Shown here: positions 8,245 through 17,506 of the stretch, piece after piece
How the letters are laid out: the number at the start of each line of letters is the position of its first letter
Numbering within the stretch: position 1 is the first letter of the stretch
Source of the DNA: an uncultured Alphaproteobacteria bacterium
GTDB lineage: Bacteria; Pseudomonadota; Alphaproteobacteria; CBDUZE01
DNA: 64,000 bases
Assembly: GCA_965371625.1 (NCBI GenBank)
Contig: CBDUZE010000002.1
Location: forward strand, 92,960 to 156,959
Reading direction: 5' to 3'
Notes under the pieces: generated by a model
Databases searched by the model: none
What the model was told of the DNA's origin: nothing
The model's input: only the letters and a program-made list of their open reading frames with translations
Translations under genes and position numbers: made by a program

Positions 8245-9207
8245 TCAAGCCTCGGCGTCGGGGGAAGCGGCGGCCGGCCGGGTGCGGTCCCTGAGATGCC
8301 CGAGCCAGCTCTGGGCCTCGATGAAGACCCGCGTCACCTCGGGGTAGGCCGCCTTGATGCGCCGCTCGAGCGCCGAGATCGCGGCCTCGACGTCGTTGGC
8401 CGACAGCTCGTCGGTAAAATCGAGGCTCAGGTTCACGAGCACGTCCGCGGGCCCGAGGTGCATGGTCAGGAGCTCGTTGAGCCGGGCGATCGCCGGTTCC
8501 TCGGAGATTATGCGCTCGATTCCGCCAACCACCCTTGGGCTCGCCGCCTCGCCGACGAGCAGGCTCTTGCTTTCGTACGCGAGCAGGGCGGCGATGGTGG
8601 CGAGAATGAGACCGATCAGGATCGAGGCCACGCCGTCGAGCTCCGGCGCGTCCAGCGCCTGCGCAGCGGCGATGCCGACAAAGGCCACCACCAGTCCGAG
8701 AAGGGCGGCGCTGTCCTCGAACAAGACCGTGAACACGGTCGGGTCCTTGCTGCTTCGGAGCGCCGCCAGGAAGCCCTGGCCGGCCCTGGCCTTGTCGAAC
8801 TCCTTGAAGGCGATCCACCAGGCGCCGGCCTCGAAGACCATGGCAATGGCGAGCACGACGTAGTTCACCGAGGGGTCGCTCGAGCGATGGGGATGCAGAA
8901 CCCCGGTCACGCCCTCGTAGATCGAGAGCCCGGCGCCGATGGCGAAGATGAGGATGGCGACCACGAAGGTCCAGAAGTAGACCTCCATGCCGTAACCAAA
9001 GGGATGGCTTTGGTCCGCGGGGCGCGCCGCGCGCTTGATGCCGTGGAGCAACAGCAGCTGGTTGCCGGTGTCGACGACCGAATGAATGGCCTCGCTCAGC
9101 ATGGCCGAACTGCCGGTCATCGCGGCGGCCGCGAACTTGGTGATGGCGATCAGCGAATTGCCGACGAGCGCCGCGATTATCACCTTGGTCGAGGACTGGG
9201 TGGCCAT
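8245..9207 (-). CDS. Cation diffusion facilitator (CDF) family divalent-metal efflux transporter
   Basis: Start at the internal ATG (MATQSSTKVIIAALVGNSLIAITKFAAAAMTGSSAMLSEAIHSVVD...) gives ~320 aa with six TM helices and a CDF C-terminal domain. The upstream part of the ORF-track frame is Arg/Pro-rich junk. Confidence 0.75.
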   Translation of the reverse strand: MATQSSTKVIIAALVGNSLIAITKFAAAAMTGSSAMLSEAIHSVVDTGNQLLLLHGIKRAARPADQSHPFGYGMEVYFWTFVVAILIFAIGAGLSIYEGVTGVLHPHRSSDPSVNYVVLAIAMVFEAGAWWIAFKEFDKARAGQGFLAALRSSKDPTVFTVLFEDSAALLGLVVAFVGIAAAQALDAPELDGVASILIGLILATIAALLAYESKSLLVGEAASPRVVGGIERIISEEPAIARLNELLTMHLGPADVLVNLSLDFTDELSANDVEAAISALERRIKAAYPEVTRVFIEAQSWLGHLRDRTRPAAASPDAEA

Positions 9208-9481
9208 CCTGGTGCCGTAGCTTGACGCCGAAGCGTCGGTTTTACAAATCGGATCTGCGCGCCCGGCCGGGCATCCACGCCGCGGCCGGGGAGGGGAGGG
9301 ATCGCGCGGGTATGGACCACGGTGGCCCGCTGGCCGGGCATCCCCGCGGGGCACGAAGGGCGAGCGCGGTTCGAGCCGGGGACTGTCTCGCCGCGTTTGT
9401 CGACTTGGAATACGAGGGCCTGAGCTCTTGTCCCCGGCCCGACCCGCGAGCGCTCGGTACCGAGGCCGAGGCCGAGGCCGA

Positions 9482-9991
9482 CTAGGCGATGCCCGTGTCC
9501 GCCGTGTCGACCCGTTTGCTGTTGTAGGTCCCGTAAACGTAACCGGTCTCGGTGGCGGCGTTCGAGCGCACCGGCATGAAGATGCTTCGGTAACGGATTT
9601 CGCCGCCCTCCGCGGGCGTGTACGAGCCCTCGACCTGGATTGGCTGGGACTCGGCTCGCGCCCGGCCGCAGGCCGCGCACAGCTCCTTTCTGATCGGGCG
9701 CGGCGCGACCTCCCAAAGGGTCTGTGCGACGGGCGCCGCCAGGAACTGCGATTCGGCGCCATAACCGCAGAGAATGAACACGCTCAAGCGAGGGTCGGGA
9801 TCCTCCTTGAGGAGAAAGCTGTAGCGCCCGCTTTCGCGTTCCTTGGAGGGGTCGAAATCACCCAGGGTGGGAATTCCGTCCTTGCCGCGCGCGCCTTCCC
9901 ATAGCGCTAGGGCGCGCGACGTGGCGCGGCGATCATCGAGCGGATTGGGATTAGGCGAATCTCGATCGATTTCGTCGGTCTCGCGGCGCAT
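9482..9991 (-). CDS. Hypothetical protein
   Basis: Clean 169-aa ORF in an otherwise gene-free interval. No family recognised. Confidence 0.4.
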   Translation of the reverse strand: MRRETDEIDRDSPNPNPLDDRRATSRALALWEGARGKDGIPTLGDFDPSKERESGRYSFLLKEDPDPRLSVFILCGYGAESQFLAAPVAQTLWEVAPRPIRKELCAACGRARAESQPIQVEGSYTPAEGGEIRYRSIFMPVRSNAATETGYVYGTYNSKRVDTADTGIA

Positions 9992-10442
9992 ACCCTCCCT
10001 CGCGGCGAGGATTGTTGGGCTTAGGGGCTATCGTCCTGGCGACGATCCCCGATGCGCGCCGCCGCCGACCCTACCTGAATATATCCTGACATCCCTATCG
10101 AGCGGGGGATGTGGCATAGATCACACCTTGGTGAATAACCGCACGCACCCCGCCCCCGGGAGCCGGCTGTTATCGCGATTATCGCTCGCATCAGAGTCTC
10201 ACACAACCCCGACAATCAATCGCGGAACCCGCCCGTGAATGGATCGGGATGACGACGGACGGGTCGGTGAACTCTTCCCCGACGACCTGAGGTCGAAGCC
10301 GCCGAGCCCCTTGCGACCAAGGCCTGGAGATCGCGGCGTTGCCGGCCAAGCGCCGCCATGATACCGGTGTCCTGGGCTTGGCAAGGGCGGTGACCACGCC
10401 CGCCTGTCCTGGTGGCGTCGGCCGCGCGTTGGGGAGATTGAG

Positions 10443-11348
10443 ATGGCAGCGGAGATTAGCGTCGGTTTCATCGGTCTGGGGGTGATGGGAGCGCCGATGT
10501 GTCGAAACCTCGCGCGCAAGCTCGACGGCGAGGTCGTCGGCTACGACGTGGTGCCCGAGCCCCTTGCCGCGCTCGCCGCCGATGGCGTCCGCGCCGCGGC
10601 ATCCGTGGCGGAGCTCGTGGAGCGCGCCGACATCGTCTTCCTGTCGCTGCCGGGCGACCCGGAGGTCCGCGAGGTCTGCCTTGGGCGCGGCGGAATCTCG
10701 AGCCACTGCCATGCGGGACAAACCGTGGTTGACTGCAGCACCACCACCGTGGCGCTGAGCCAGGAGCTCAGCACCGCCTTCGCCGACGCGCGCGTGTCCT
10801 TCGCCGACGCCCCGGTGGCGCGGACACGGGAGGCGGCGGAGCGGGGCACCCTCAGCGTCATGGTGGGCGGGGCGCCGGAGATTCTCGGGCGCATCCGTCC
10901 CTACCTCGATTGCTTCGCCACCGAGGTCACCCACTGCGGCGGAGTGGGCAGCGGTCAGGCGGTCAAGCTACTCAACAACATGGTGCTGTTTCAGACCGTC
11001 AACGCGCTGGCGGAGGCGCTCACGGTGGCTCGCCGAGCGGGGCTCGACGGGCGGCTCTTGTTCGAGACCCTGGCCAAGGGCTCCGCCGACAGCTTCGCGC
11101 TTCGCAATCACGGCATGAAGGCGCTGCTGCCCGAGCGCTTCCCGGAGCGCTCGTTCTCCACCCGCTATGCCATGAAGGACCTTTCGTGCGCGCTGGCGCT
11201 GGGGCAAGCGCACGGGGTCAGGCTCGAGGGCGCCGCCCTGGTCATGCGCCGCTTCGAAGAGAGCCTGAATCAGGGCCACGGCGATGTATACTTTCCCGCC
11301 CTGATCAAGGTCGTCGAATCGAAGATCGGGTCGGGCGCCGGGGGCTGA
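10443..11348 (+). CDS. NAD(P)-dependent oxidoreductase, 3-hydroxyisobutyrate dehydrogenase (HIBADH/tartronate semialdehyde reductase) family
   Basis: N-terminal Rossmann motif VGFIGLGVMGAPMCRNLA. The length (301 aa) and overall pattern fit the HIBADH family. Confidence 0.8.
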   Translation: MAAEISVGFIGLGVMGAPMCRNLARKLDGEVVGYDVVPEPLAALAADGVRAAASVAELVERADIVFLSLPGDPEVREVCLGRGGISSHCHAGQTVVDCSTTTVALSQELSTAFADARVSFADAPVARTREAAERGTLSVMVGGAPEILGRIRPYLDCFATEVTHCGGVGSGQAVKLLNNMVLFQTVNALAEALTVARRAGLDGRLLFETLAKGSADSFALRNHGMKALLPERFPERSFSTRYAMKDLSCALALGQAHGVRLEGAALVMRRFEESLNQGHGDVYFPALIKVVESKIGSGAGG

Positions 11349-11397
11349 CGCCGTAGCGCCGGCCGGGTCCCGCCCTTCCCATGGAGCAAGCCCGCCG

Positions 11398-12897
11398 ATG
11401 AGCGCTTCAGACGCTTATGACGTGGTCGTGGTCGGGGCCGGTAACGCCGGCCTCTGCGCGGCGCTCGCGGCGCGCCAGCGGGGCGCCCGCGTGCTGGTGC
11501 TGGAATGCGCGCCCGAGGAGCAACGCGGCGGCAACAGCCGCTTCACCGCCGGCGCCATGCGCGTCGCCTACGAGGGCATCGAGGATCTCCTCGAGTTGAT
11601 GCCGGACCTGAGCGAGGCCGAGCGTGAGAGGACCGACTTCGGCTCCTACGGCGAGCAACGTTTCTTCGACGACATCGCCCGACTGAGCGAATTTCGCGCC
11701 GACCCCGACCTGGCCGACATCCTGGTGCGCCACAGCCTCGAGACGCTTGGCTGGATGCGGCAGAACGGGGTCCGCTTCGCGCCCATGTACGGCCGCCAGG
11801 CCTTCGAGGTCGACGGCAGGTTCACCTTCTGGGGGGGGCTCGCGGTGGAGGTCTCGGGCGGCGGTCCGGGGCTCGTGGAAGCCCTGTTCGAGGCGGCGCG
11901 AGCGCAAGGCGTCGAGCTCTGGTACCGGGCCCGGGCGCTCGGCCTGGTGCCGCGAGACGGTGGCATCGGCGGGGTCACGGTGCGCGTCGGCGAGGCCACC
12001 ACCGAGATCGCCGCCGGGGCGGTGGTGCTCGCCGCCGGCGGCTTCGAGGCCAATGCCGAATGGCGCACCCGCTACCTGGGACCGGGCTGGGACCTGGCCA
12101 AGGTCCGGGGTTCGCGCTTCAACATGGGGGACGGCATCCGCATGGCGCTCGAGGTCGGCGCCCTTCCTTGCGGCAACTGGTCGGGCTGTCACGCCGTGGC
12201 CTGGGACCGCAACGCGCCCGAGTTCGGCGACCTCGCGGTCGGCGACGGATTCCAAAAGCACAGCTATCCCTTCGGCGTCATGGTCAACGCCCTGGGCCGC
12301 CGTTTCCTCGACGAGGGCGCCGATTTCCGCAACTACACCTATGCCAAGTACGGCCGCGTCATTCTCGAGCAGCCGGGTCAATTCGCGTGGCAGATCTTCG
12401 ACGCCAAGGTCCTCCACCTGTTGCGCGACGAATACCGCATTCGCCAGGTCTCGAAGGTCAAGGCCGCGAGCCTCGAAGAGCTGGCGGCCCAGCTCGAGGG
12501 CGTCGACGGCGCGGCGTTCCTGGCCGAGATCGAGAGCTTCAACGCCGCCGTCGACGACGGCCCGAGCTTCAATCCCAACCTCAAGGACGGCCGCCGCACC
12601 CGGGGCCTGGCCATCGACAAGTCCAACTGGGCCAACGCCATCGACGAGCCCCCGTTCGCGGCCTATGCCGTAACCTGCGGCATCACCTTCACCTTCGGCG
12701 GCCTCAGGATCGACACGGGCGGCGGCGTCATGGGGCGGGACGGCACCCCGATCGCCAACCTGTTCGCGGCCGGGGAGCTGGTCGGCGGCCTGTTCTACTT
12801 CAACTACCCGGGCGGCACCGGGCTCACCGCGGGCGCCGTGTTCGGCCGCCGCGCCGGCGCCGCGGCCTGCGCCGCCGCCCTGGGCGCGGGCGCGTAG
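11398..12897 (+). CDS. FAD-dependent oxidoreductase, tricarballylate dehydrogenase TcuA-like (fumarate reductase/succinate dehydrogenase flavoprotein superfamily)
   Basis: N-terminus YDVVVVGAGNAGLCAALAARQRGARVLVLECAPEEQRGGNSRFTAGAMR closely parallels TcuA. Length is 499 aa. Confidence 0.7.
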   Translation: MSASDAYDVVVVGAGNAGLCAALAARQRGARVLVLECAPEEQRGGNSRFTAGAMRVAYEGIEDLLELMPDLSEAERERTDFGSYGEQRFFDDIARLSEFRADPDLADILVRHSLETLGWMRQNGVRFAPMYGRQAFEVDGRFTFWGGLAVEVSGGGPGLVEALFEAARAQGVELWYRARALGLVPRDGGIGGVTVRVGEATTEIAAGAVVLAAGGFEANAEWRTRYLGPGWDLAKVRGSRFNMGDGIRMALEVGALPCGNWSGCHAVAWDRNAPEFGDLAVGDGFQKHSYPFGVMVNALGRRFLDEGADFRNYTYAKYGRVILEQPGQFAWQIFDAKVLHLLRDEYRIRQVSKVKAASLEELAAQLEGVDGAAFLAEIESFNAAVDDGPSFNPNLKDGRRTRGLAIDKSNWANAIDEPPFAAYAVTCGITFTFGGLRIDTGGGVMGRDGTPIANLFAAGELVGGLFYFNYPGGTGLTAGAVFGRRAGAAACAAALGAGA

Positions 12898-13119
12898 GGC
12901 CTCATTGCGAATCCGATGCCGCCGCGCCGGCGACGGGCACGAGGCGTCGGTGGTACGGGCGGCGGCGAAGTTGGGGTAAGCTTGCGGTCGATGTGGCGTT
13001 CCGGATGGCCCCAATCGACCGTCGTGGCGAGCGGCGGCGGCGAACCGGCCCAACTGGCGCTGCCTATTCCGCTCGTGACGATCCAGGGGGACCGATCACC
13101 GGCAAGAACGAGGCTGACC

Positions 13120-13401
13120 ATGTACCGTACCAGCGACGTAATAAGGCCCAAGACCAAGATTGCGGTTGAGCTCCGCAAGACCGACGGCTCCGTTCTCGAA
13201 GGTCACGTCTACGTGGCCGGATCGGAGCGCATCCTCGACGTCTTGAACAGCACCGCGCCGTTCCTCCCGATCGAGGTCAAGAGCGGCAAGGTTTTGCTCG
13301 TCAACAAGAACTCGATCAACGTCGTCGAGCCTTTCGACGAGGATTGGATGGAAGGCGAACCCATCGCCCAGACCACGTTCCAGCCCGGCGCCCGGTCATG
13401 A
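13120..13401 (+). CDS. Small hypothetical protein (93 aa)
   Basis: Internal ATG with GAGG 8 nt upstream. The upstream part of the ORF-track frame is Arg/Gly junk. Confidence 0.4.
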   Translation: MYRTSDVIRPKTKIAVELRKTDGSVLEGHVYVAGSERILDVLNSTAPFLPIEVKSGKVLLVNKNSINVVEPFDEDWMEGEPIAQTTFQPGARS

Positions 13402-13515
13402 ACGGATGACCCTTTCCGTGAGCGCGGCGCGCGCCATGCCGCGGCCCCGGTCCCGGCCCGGGCGCGCCGGGGCGCCTCGGGCCGCGCCGGCGGAGTCGGG
13501 GCACGACCGCGGACC

Positions 13516-14247
13516 ATGAGACGGCATGTTCTCCTGCTGGGAGTGCTAGCCGCGCTGGTGGTGGCGGCGCCCGAGGGACGCGGCGACGCGTACGACGAGG
13601 CCCGCGACCGGCTGCTGCGGGAGATCGAGCGCGATGCCGTCGCCACCTTGAGCTGGACCGGGCGCCGAGGCTTCACCGCGGCCACCATGCGGGCACTGCG
13701 CCAAGTGCCGCGGCACCTCTTCGTGCCGCGATTGCTCGAGTCACGCGCCTACGACAATCGGCCGCTCCCCATCGGCCACGGCCAGACCATCTCGCAGCCC
13801 TACATCGTTGCGCTGATGACCGATATCCTGGGGCTCGAGGAGGCGGCGCGGGTGCTCGAGGTGGGCACCGGCTCGGGCTATCAGGCGGCCGTGCTCGCCG
13901 CGCTCGGGGCAAAAGTCCACAGCATCGAGATCATCGAGCCCCTGGCGCTCGAGGCCAAGCGGCGCCTCGCCACACTGGGCTACGACAACGTCACCGTGCG
14001 CCAGGGCGACGGCTACTACGGCTGGGAGGAGGCGGCGCCGTTCGACGCCATCATCGTCACCGCCGCCGCGAGCCACATCCCCCCGCCGCTGGTGAAACAG
14101 CTCAAGCCCGGCGCCCGCATGGTGATCCCGGTGGGCGCCCGCTTCCTCACCCAATGGCTGGTGGTGGTGGAGAAGGACGACGCGGGCAAGGTCACCACCA
14201 GGCAGATTCTGCCCGTGAGATTCGTGCCGCTGACCGGGCAACACTGA
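13516..14247 (+). CDS. pcm: Protein-L-isoaspartate O-methyltransferase
   Basis: Motifs HGQTISQPYIVALMTD and LEVGTGSGYQAAVLA. N-terminal signal-like segment present. Confidence 0.85.
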   Translation: MRRHVLLLGVLAALVVAAPEGRGDAYDEARDRLLREIERDAVATLSWTGRRGFTAATMRALRQVPRHLFVPRLLESRAYDNRPLPIGHGQTISQPYIVALMTDILGLEEAARVLEVGTGSGYQAAVLAALGAKVHSIEIIEPLALEAKRRLATLGYDNVTVRQGDGYYGWEEAAPFDAIIVTAAASHIPPPLVKQLKPGARMVIPVGARFLTQWLVVVEKDDAGKVTTRQILPVRFVPLTGQH

Positions 14248-14250
14248 GCG

Positions 14251-16689
14251 ATGCCGCTGGTGCTGGCGATCTCGGTGCTCTCGGCCGCGGTCGTCGGTTA
14301 CGAAATCCTCTTAATGCGGTTGTTCTCGGTCATCCAGTGGCACCACTTCGCCTACATGATCATCAGCTTGGCGCTCTTGGGCTACGGCGCCAGCGGTACG
14401 CTGCTCGCCTTCGTCCGCGACTGGGCGAGCGCGCGCTTCACCACCGTCTTCGCCGCCGGCGCGATACTCTTCGGCATCTCGGCGGTGGCCGCCTTCGCGC
14501 TGGCCCAGCGCACCCCCTTCAACCCCCTCGAGGTGGTCTGGGACCCACGCCAGTTCCTCTATCTCCTGGTCCTTTACGTGCTGTTGGCGGTGCCCTTCCT
14601 CTGTGCCGCGTTCCCCATCGGCCTCAGCTACTACCGTTATGGCGAGCGCATCGGCGCGCTTTATCGTGCCGACCTGGTGGGCGCCGGCAGCGGCGCCGGG
14701 ATCGTCATCCTGATGCTCTTCGTGCTGAGCCCCGAGCGCGCGCTCGAGCTCCTGGGGGCGCTGGGCTTCGTCGCCGGTGCCCTGGTCAGTCTCGAACGGC
14801 GGCGCGGCCTGCCCCTGGCACTGGCACTGATCGCGGCCGGCGTCCTCTCGCCTTACCTGTGGCCCGATTGGGCCGTGGCCTTTCGCCTTTCGCCCTACAA
14901 GGCACTGAGCCAGGCCTTGCAGGTGCCGGGAGCGCGGGTGGTGGCGGAGCGCTCGAGCCCGTTGGGCGTGCTCACCGTGGTGAGGAGCCCGATCATCCCG
15001 TTTCGCCACGCCCCCGGGCTGAGCCTGATGAACCAAGCGGAGGTGCCGCCTCAGATCGCCGTTTTCAGCGACGGCGAATCACTGACCGCGATCACGCGCA
15101 GCGAGGGCGGGCGCGAGGATGAAGCGCGCGAGTCGCTCGGCTATCTCGACTTCCAGACCGCGGCGCTGCCCTATCACCTGCTCGAGCACCCCCGGGTGCT
15201 GGTGCTCGGAGCGGGGGCCGGCGCCGACGTTCTGCTCGCCCGCTTTCACCATGCCGACACGATCGACGCCGTCGAGCTCAATCCCCAGATCGTGGCCCTG
15301 GTACGCGACGATTTCGCGGACTTCGCCGGGCACCTCTACCAATCGCCCGGGCTCCGCGTGACGGTGGCCGAGGCGCGCCGCTTCGTCACCGCGAGCCGCG
15401 AGGCCTACGACCTCATCCAGATCTCGCTGCTCGACTCCTTCGCCGCCTCGGTGGCCGGGCTCTATGCGCTCAACGAGAGCACGCTCTACACCGTCGAGGC
15501 CTTCGAGAGCTATCTCCGGCGGCTCGCGCCCGGCGGCTTCCTGGCCATCACCCGCTGGCTCAAGGTGCCGCCCCGCGACAGCCTCAAGCTGGTGGCGACC
15601 GCGGGCGCGGCGCTGGCGCGCCAGGGCGTGGCCGAGCCGGCGCGGCAGATCGCGCTCATCCGCGGCTGGAACACCTTCACGCTGCTGGTCAAGAACGGCG
15701 CCTTGAGCGACGCCGAGGTGGCGGCGGTGCGGGCGTTCGCCGCCGCCCGCGCCTTCGACCTCGCCCATCTGCCGGGGCTCTCGGAGCACGAGGCCAACCG
15801 CTACAACCTGCTCGCCGAGCCCTACTTCCACGCCGGCGCCCGGGCCTTGCTGGGGGCCGACGCCCGGGCCTTCGTGCGCGACTACAAGTTCGACGTCGCG
15901 CCGGCCACCGACGACCGCCCCTATTTCTTCCACTTCTTCAAGTGGCGGCTGCTGCCCGAACTGGTGGCCCTGGGCCCGGCCGCAGCCCCGCCGCTCCTGG
16001 AGCTGGGATATCTCGTGCTGGTGGTGACACTGGTGCAGGCGGCGCTCGTCGGCGCGGTCCTGATCGTACTGCCGCTCGGCGTCCTGAGGCGCGCGGGCTC
16101 GGGGCCCGGGGCCGGGCCGCGCCTGGCACAGGTGTTTCTCTACTTCGGCGCCCTGGGCCTCGCCTTCCTGTTCATCGAGATTGCCTTCATCCAGCGTTTC
16201 GTTCTGTTCCTGGGCCACCCGCTCTACGCCGTGGCCGTGGTGCTCGCCGCCTTCCTGGTGTTCGCCGGAGTCGGCAGCGGTCTCTCGCCCCGCCTCAGGC
16301 GGAGCGCCGGCGCGCGAGCCACCCCGCTCGCGGTGGCGGCCATCGTTCTCCTCGCCCTGCTCTACATCGTGCTGCTGCCTCCGCTCTTCGATTGGCTTGG
16401 GCCGCTCCCCATCGCCGTCCGGATCCCGGCCTCGCTGGCGCTGATCGCCCCGCTCGCCCTGGCCATGGGCCTGCCCTTTCCGCTCGGCCTCAGGCGCTTG
16501 GCGGAGGCGGCCCCTCATCTCGTCCCCTGGGCCTGGGCCGTCAACGGCTGCGCCTCGGTGCTCGCCGCCGTCCTCGCCACCCTGCTCGCCATCCAGTTCG
16601 GCTTCACCGTGGTGGTGGTGGTGGCGCTGGCGCTCTATCTGCTGGCGGCCGCCGTCTCCACCGGTCGCCGCTTCGCCCCGGCCGGCTAG
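14251..16689 (+). CDS. Large polytopic membrane protein with an embedded spermidine-synthase-like methyltransferase-fold domain
   Basis: Many TM segments flank a soluble domain with VLVLGAGAGADV...DAVELNPQIV...DLIQISLLDSF (spermine/spermidine synthase-like). Confidence 0.6.
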   Translation: MPLVLAISVLSAAVVGYEILLMRLFSVIQWHHFAYMIISLALLGYGASGTLLAFVRDWASARFTTVFAAGAILFGISAVAAFALAQRTPFNPLEVVWDPRQFLYLLVLYVLLAVPFLCAAFPIGLSYYRYGERIGALYRADLVGAGSGAGIVILMLFVLSPERALELLGALGFVAGALVSLERRRGLPLALALIAAGVLSPYLWPDWAVAFRLSPYKALSQALQVPGARVVAERSSPLGVLTVVRSPIIPFRHAPGLSLMNQAEVPPQIAVFSDGESLTAITRSEGGREDEARESLGYLDFQTAALPYHLLEHPRVLVLGAGAGADVLLARFHHADTIDAVELNPQIVALVRDDFADFAGHLYQSPGLRVTVAEARRFVTASREAYDLIQISLLDSFAASVAGLYALNESTLYTVEAFESYLRRLAPGGFLAITRWLKVPPRDSLKLVATAGAALARQGVAEPARQIALIRGWNTFTLLVKNGALSDAEVAAVRAFAAARAFDLAHLPGLSEHEANRYNLLAEPYFHAGARALLGADARAFVRDYKFDVAPATDDRPYFFHFFKWRLLPELVALGPAAAPPLLELGYLVLVVTLVQAALVGAVLIVLPLGVLRRAGSGPGAGPRLAQVFLYFGALGLAFLFIEIAFIQRFVLFLGHPLYAVAVVLAAFLVFAGVGSGLSPRLRRSAGARATPLAVAAIVLLALLYIVLLPPLFDWLGPLPIAVRIPASLALIAPLALAMGLPFPLGLRRLAEAAPHLVPWAWAVNGCASVLAAVLATLLAIQFGFTVVVVVALALYLLAAAVSTGRRFAPAG

Positions 16690-16838
16690 AGCAATTCCAG
16701 GTCACCTGGAATCGCTCTTGATTCTTTTCGCTCACGGCAGCGGACCCAAGGGTCCGCACCTGCGCGGGCGCGCCGGAGGACCGGCGGGCCGCAGTCGCGG
16801 CCTGAGAGCGGTTCCAATTGACCTTGAACCGCTCTAGC
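16686..16838. repeat. ~150-bp hairpin-rich intergenic repeat element, copy 1 (RIME/REP/MITE-like): two terminal ~14-bp stem-loops flanking a GC-rich core that contains a gcggaccc-aa-gggtccgc hairpin
   Basis: Read directly from the sequence. A near-identical inverted copy lies at 51017–51172. Confidence 0.75.
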
Positions 16839-16978
16839 CCGGCGGCAGGCTTCCTGCCTGCGGGTGCCTTGGTAGATCGCATCGTGGTCGGGTAAGCTCG
16901 ATTTCCCGGTCCGCCGGGGGCCGGCGGCGCTGTGCTATCGCCGCTTCGGGCCCACACCGTCGCCTCGAGGAGAGCCCG

Positions 16979-17452
16979 ATGATCCGCCTTGCCGTGCTGC
17001 TCTTGCTATTGCCAAGCGCCGCCTTGGCCGACGCCGTCGGCTCGGCGCGGGTGATCGACGGCGAGACCATCGAGGTAGCGGGCCAGCGCTTCCGCCTCTA
17101 CGGCATCGACGCGCCCGAGCCCGGGCAGTCCTGCGAACTTCGCGCCAAGACCATCCGTTGCGGCTACATCGCCAAGACCGCGCTCATGGACTTGACCGCG
17201 GGGGCCACGGTGTCGTGCGCGCCCCGCGCAGAGGCCGCGGGCGGAATCGCCGTGGCGACCTGCCTCGCCGATGGCTTCGATCTCTCGCGCAACATGGTGC
17301 ACACCGGTTGGGCGCTCGCCGACCGCGGCGTCACCACGCGATACGTCGCCACCGAGGACAAGGCCCGAGCAGCCAAGCGCGGCCTGTGGCGGGGCCGCTT
17401 CGTGCCGCCCTGGGAGTGGCGGCGCGGCAAGCGGCTGGCGACGGAGCAGTGA
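16979..17452 (+). CDS. Secreted thermonuclease (staphylococcal nuclease-like) family protein
   Basis: Signal peptide, then VIDGETIEVAGQRFRLYGIDAPE...WRGRFVPPWEWRR, which is SNase-like. Confidence 0.75.
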   Translation: MIRLAVLLLLLPSAALADAVGSARVIDGETIEVAGQRFRLYGIDAPEPGQSCELRAKTIRCGYIAKTALMDLTAGATVSCAPRAEAAGGIAVATCLADGFDLSRNMVHTGWALADRGVTTRYVATEDKARAAKRGLWRGRFVPPWEWRRGKRLATEQ

Positions 17453-17506
17453 GGGCGGCTCGAACCCCTTGCTCGCCGCGCCCGCGAAGGGCCGGATCGG
17501 GTGAGT

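Noticed and set aside
8221-8262. Inverted repeat gccgaggcccccttgagccgcggcctcaagcctcggc, considered as a terminator of the CDF gene
   Set aside because: It overlaps the CDF coding 3' end and stop codon and lacks a U-tract. It is more likely coincidental GC-rich symmetry.
16604-17070. Short ORFs reading through the 150-bp hairpin element and the equivalent ones at ~50956..51297
   Set aside because: They coincide with a structured repeat present in both orientations. The 'conserved peptide' simply mirrors the nucleotide repeat.
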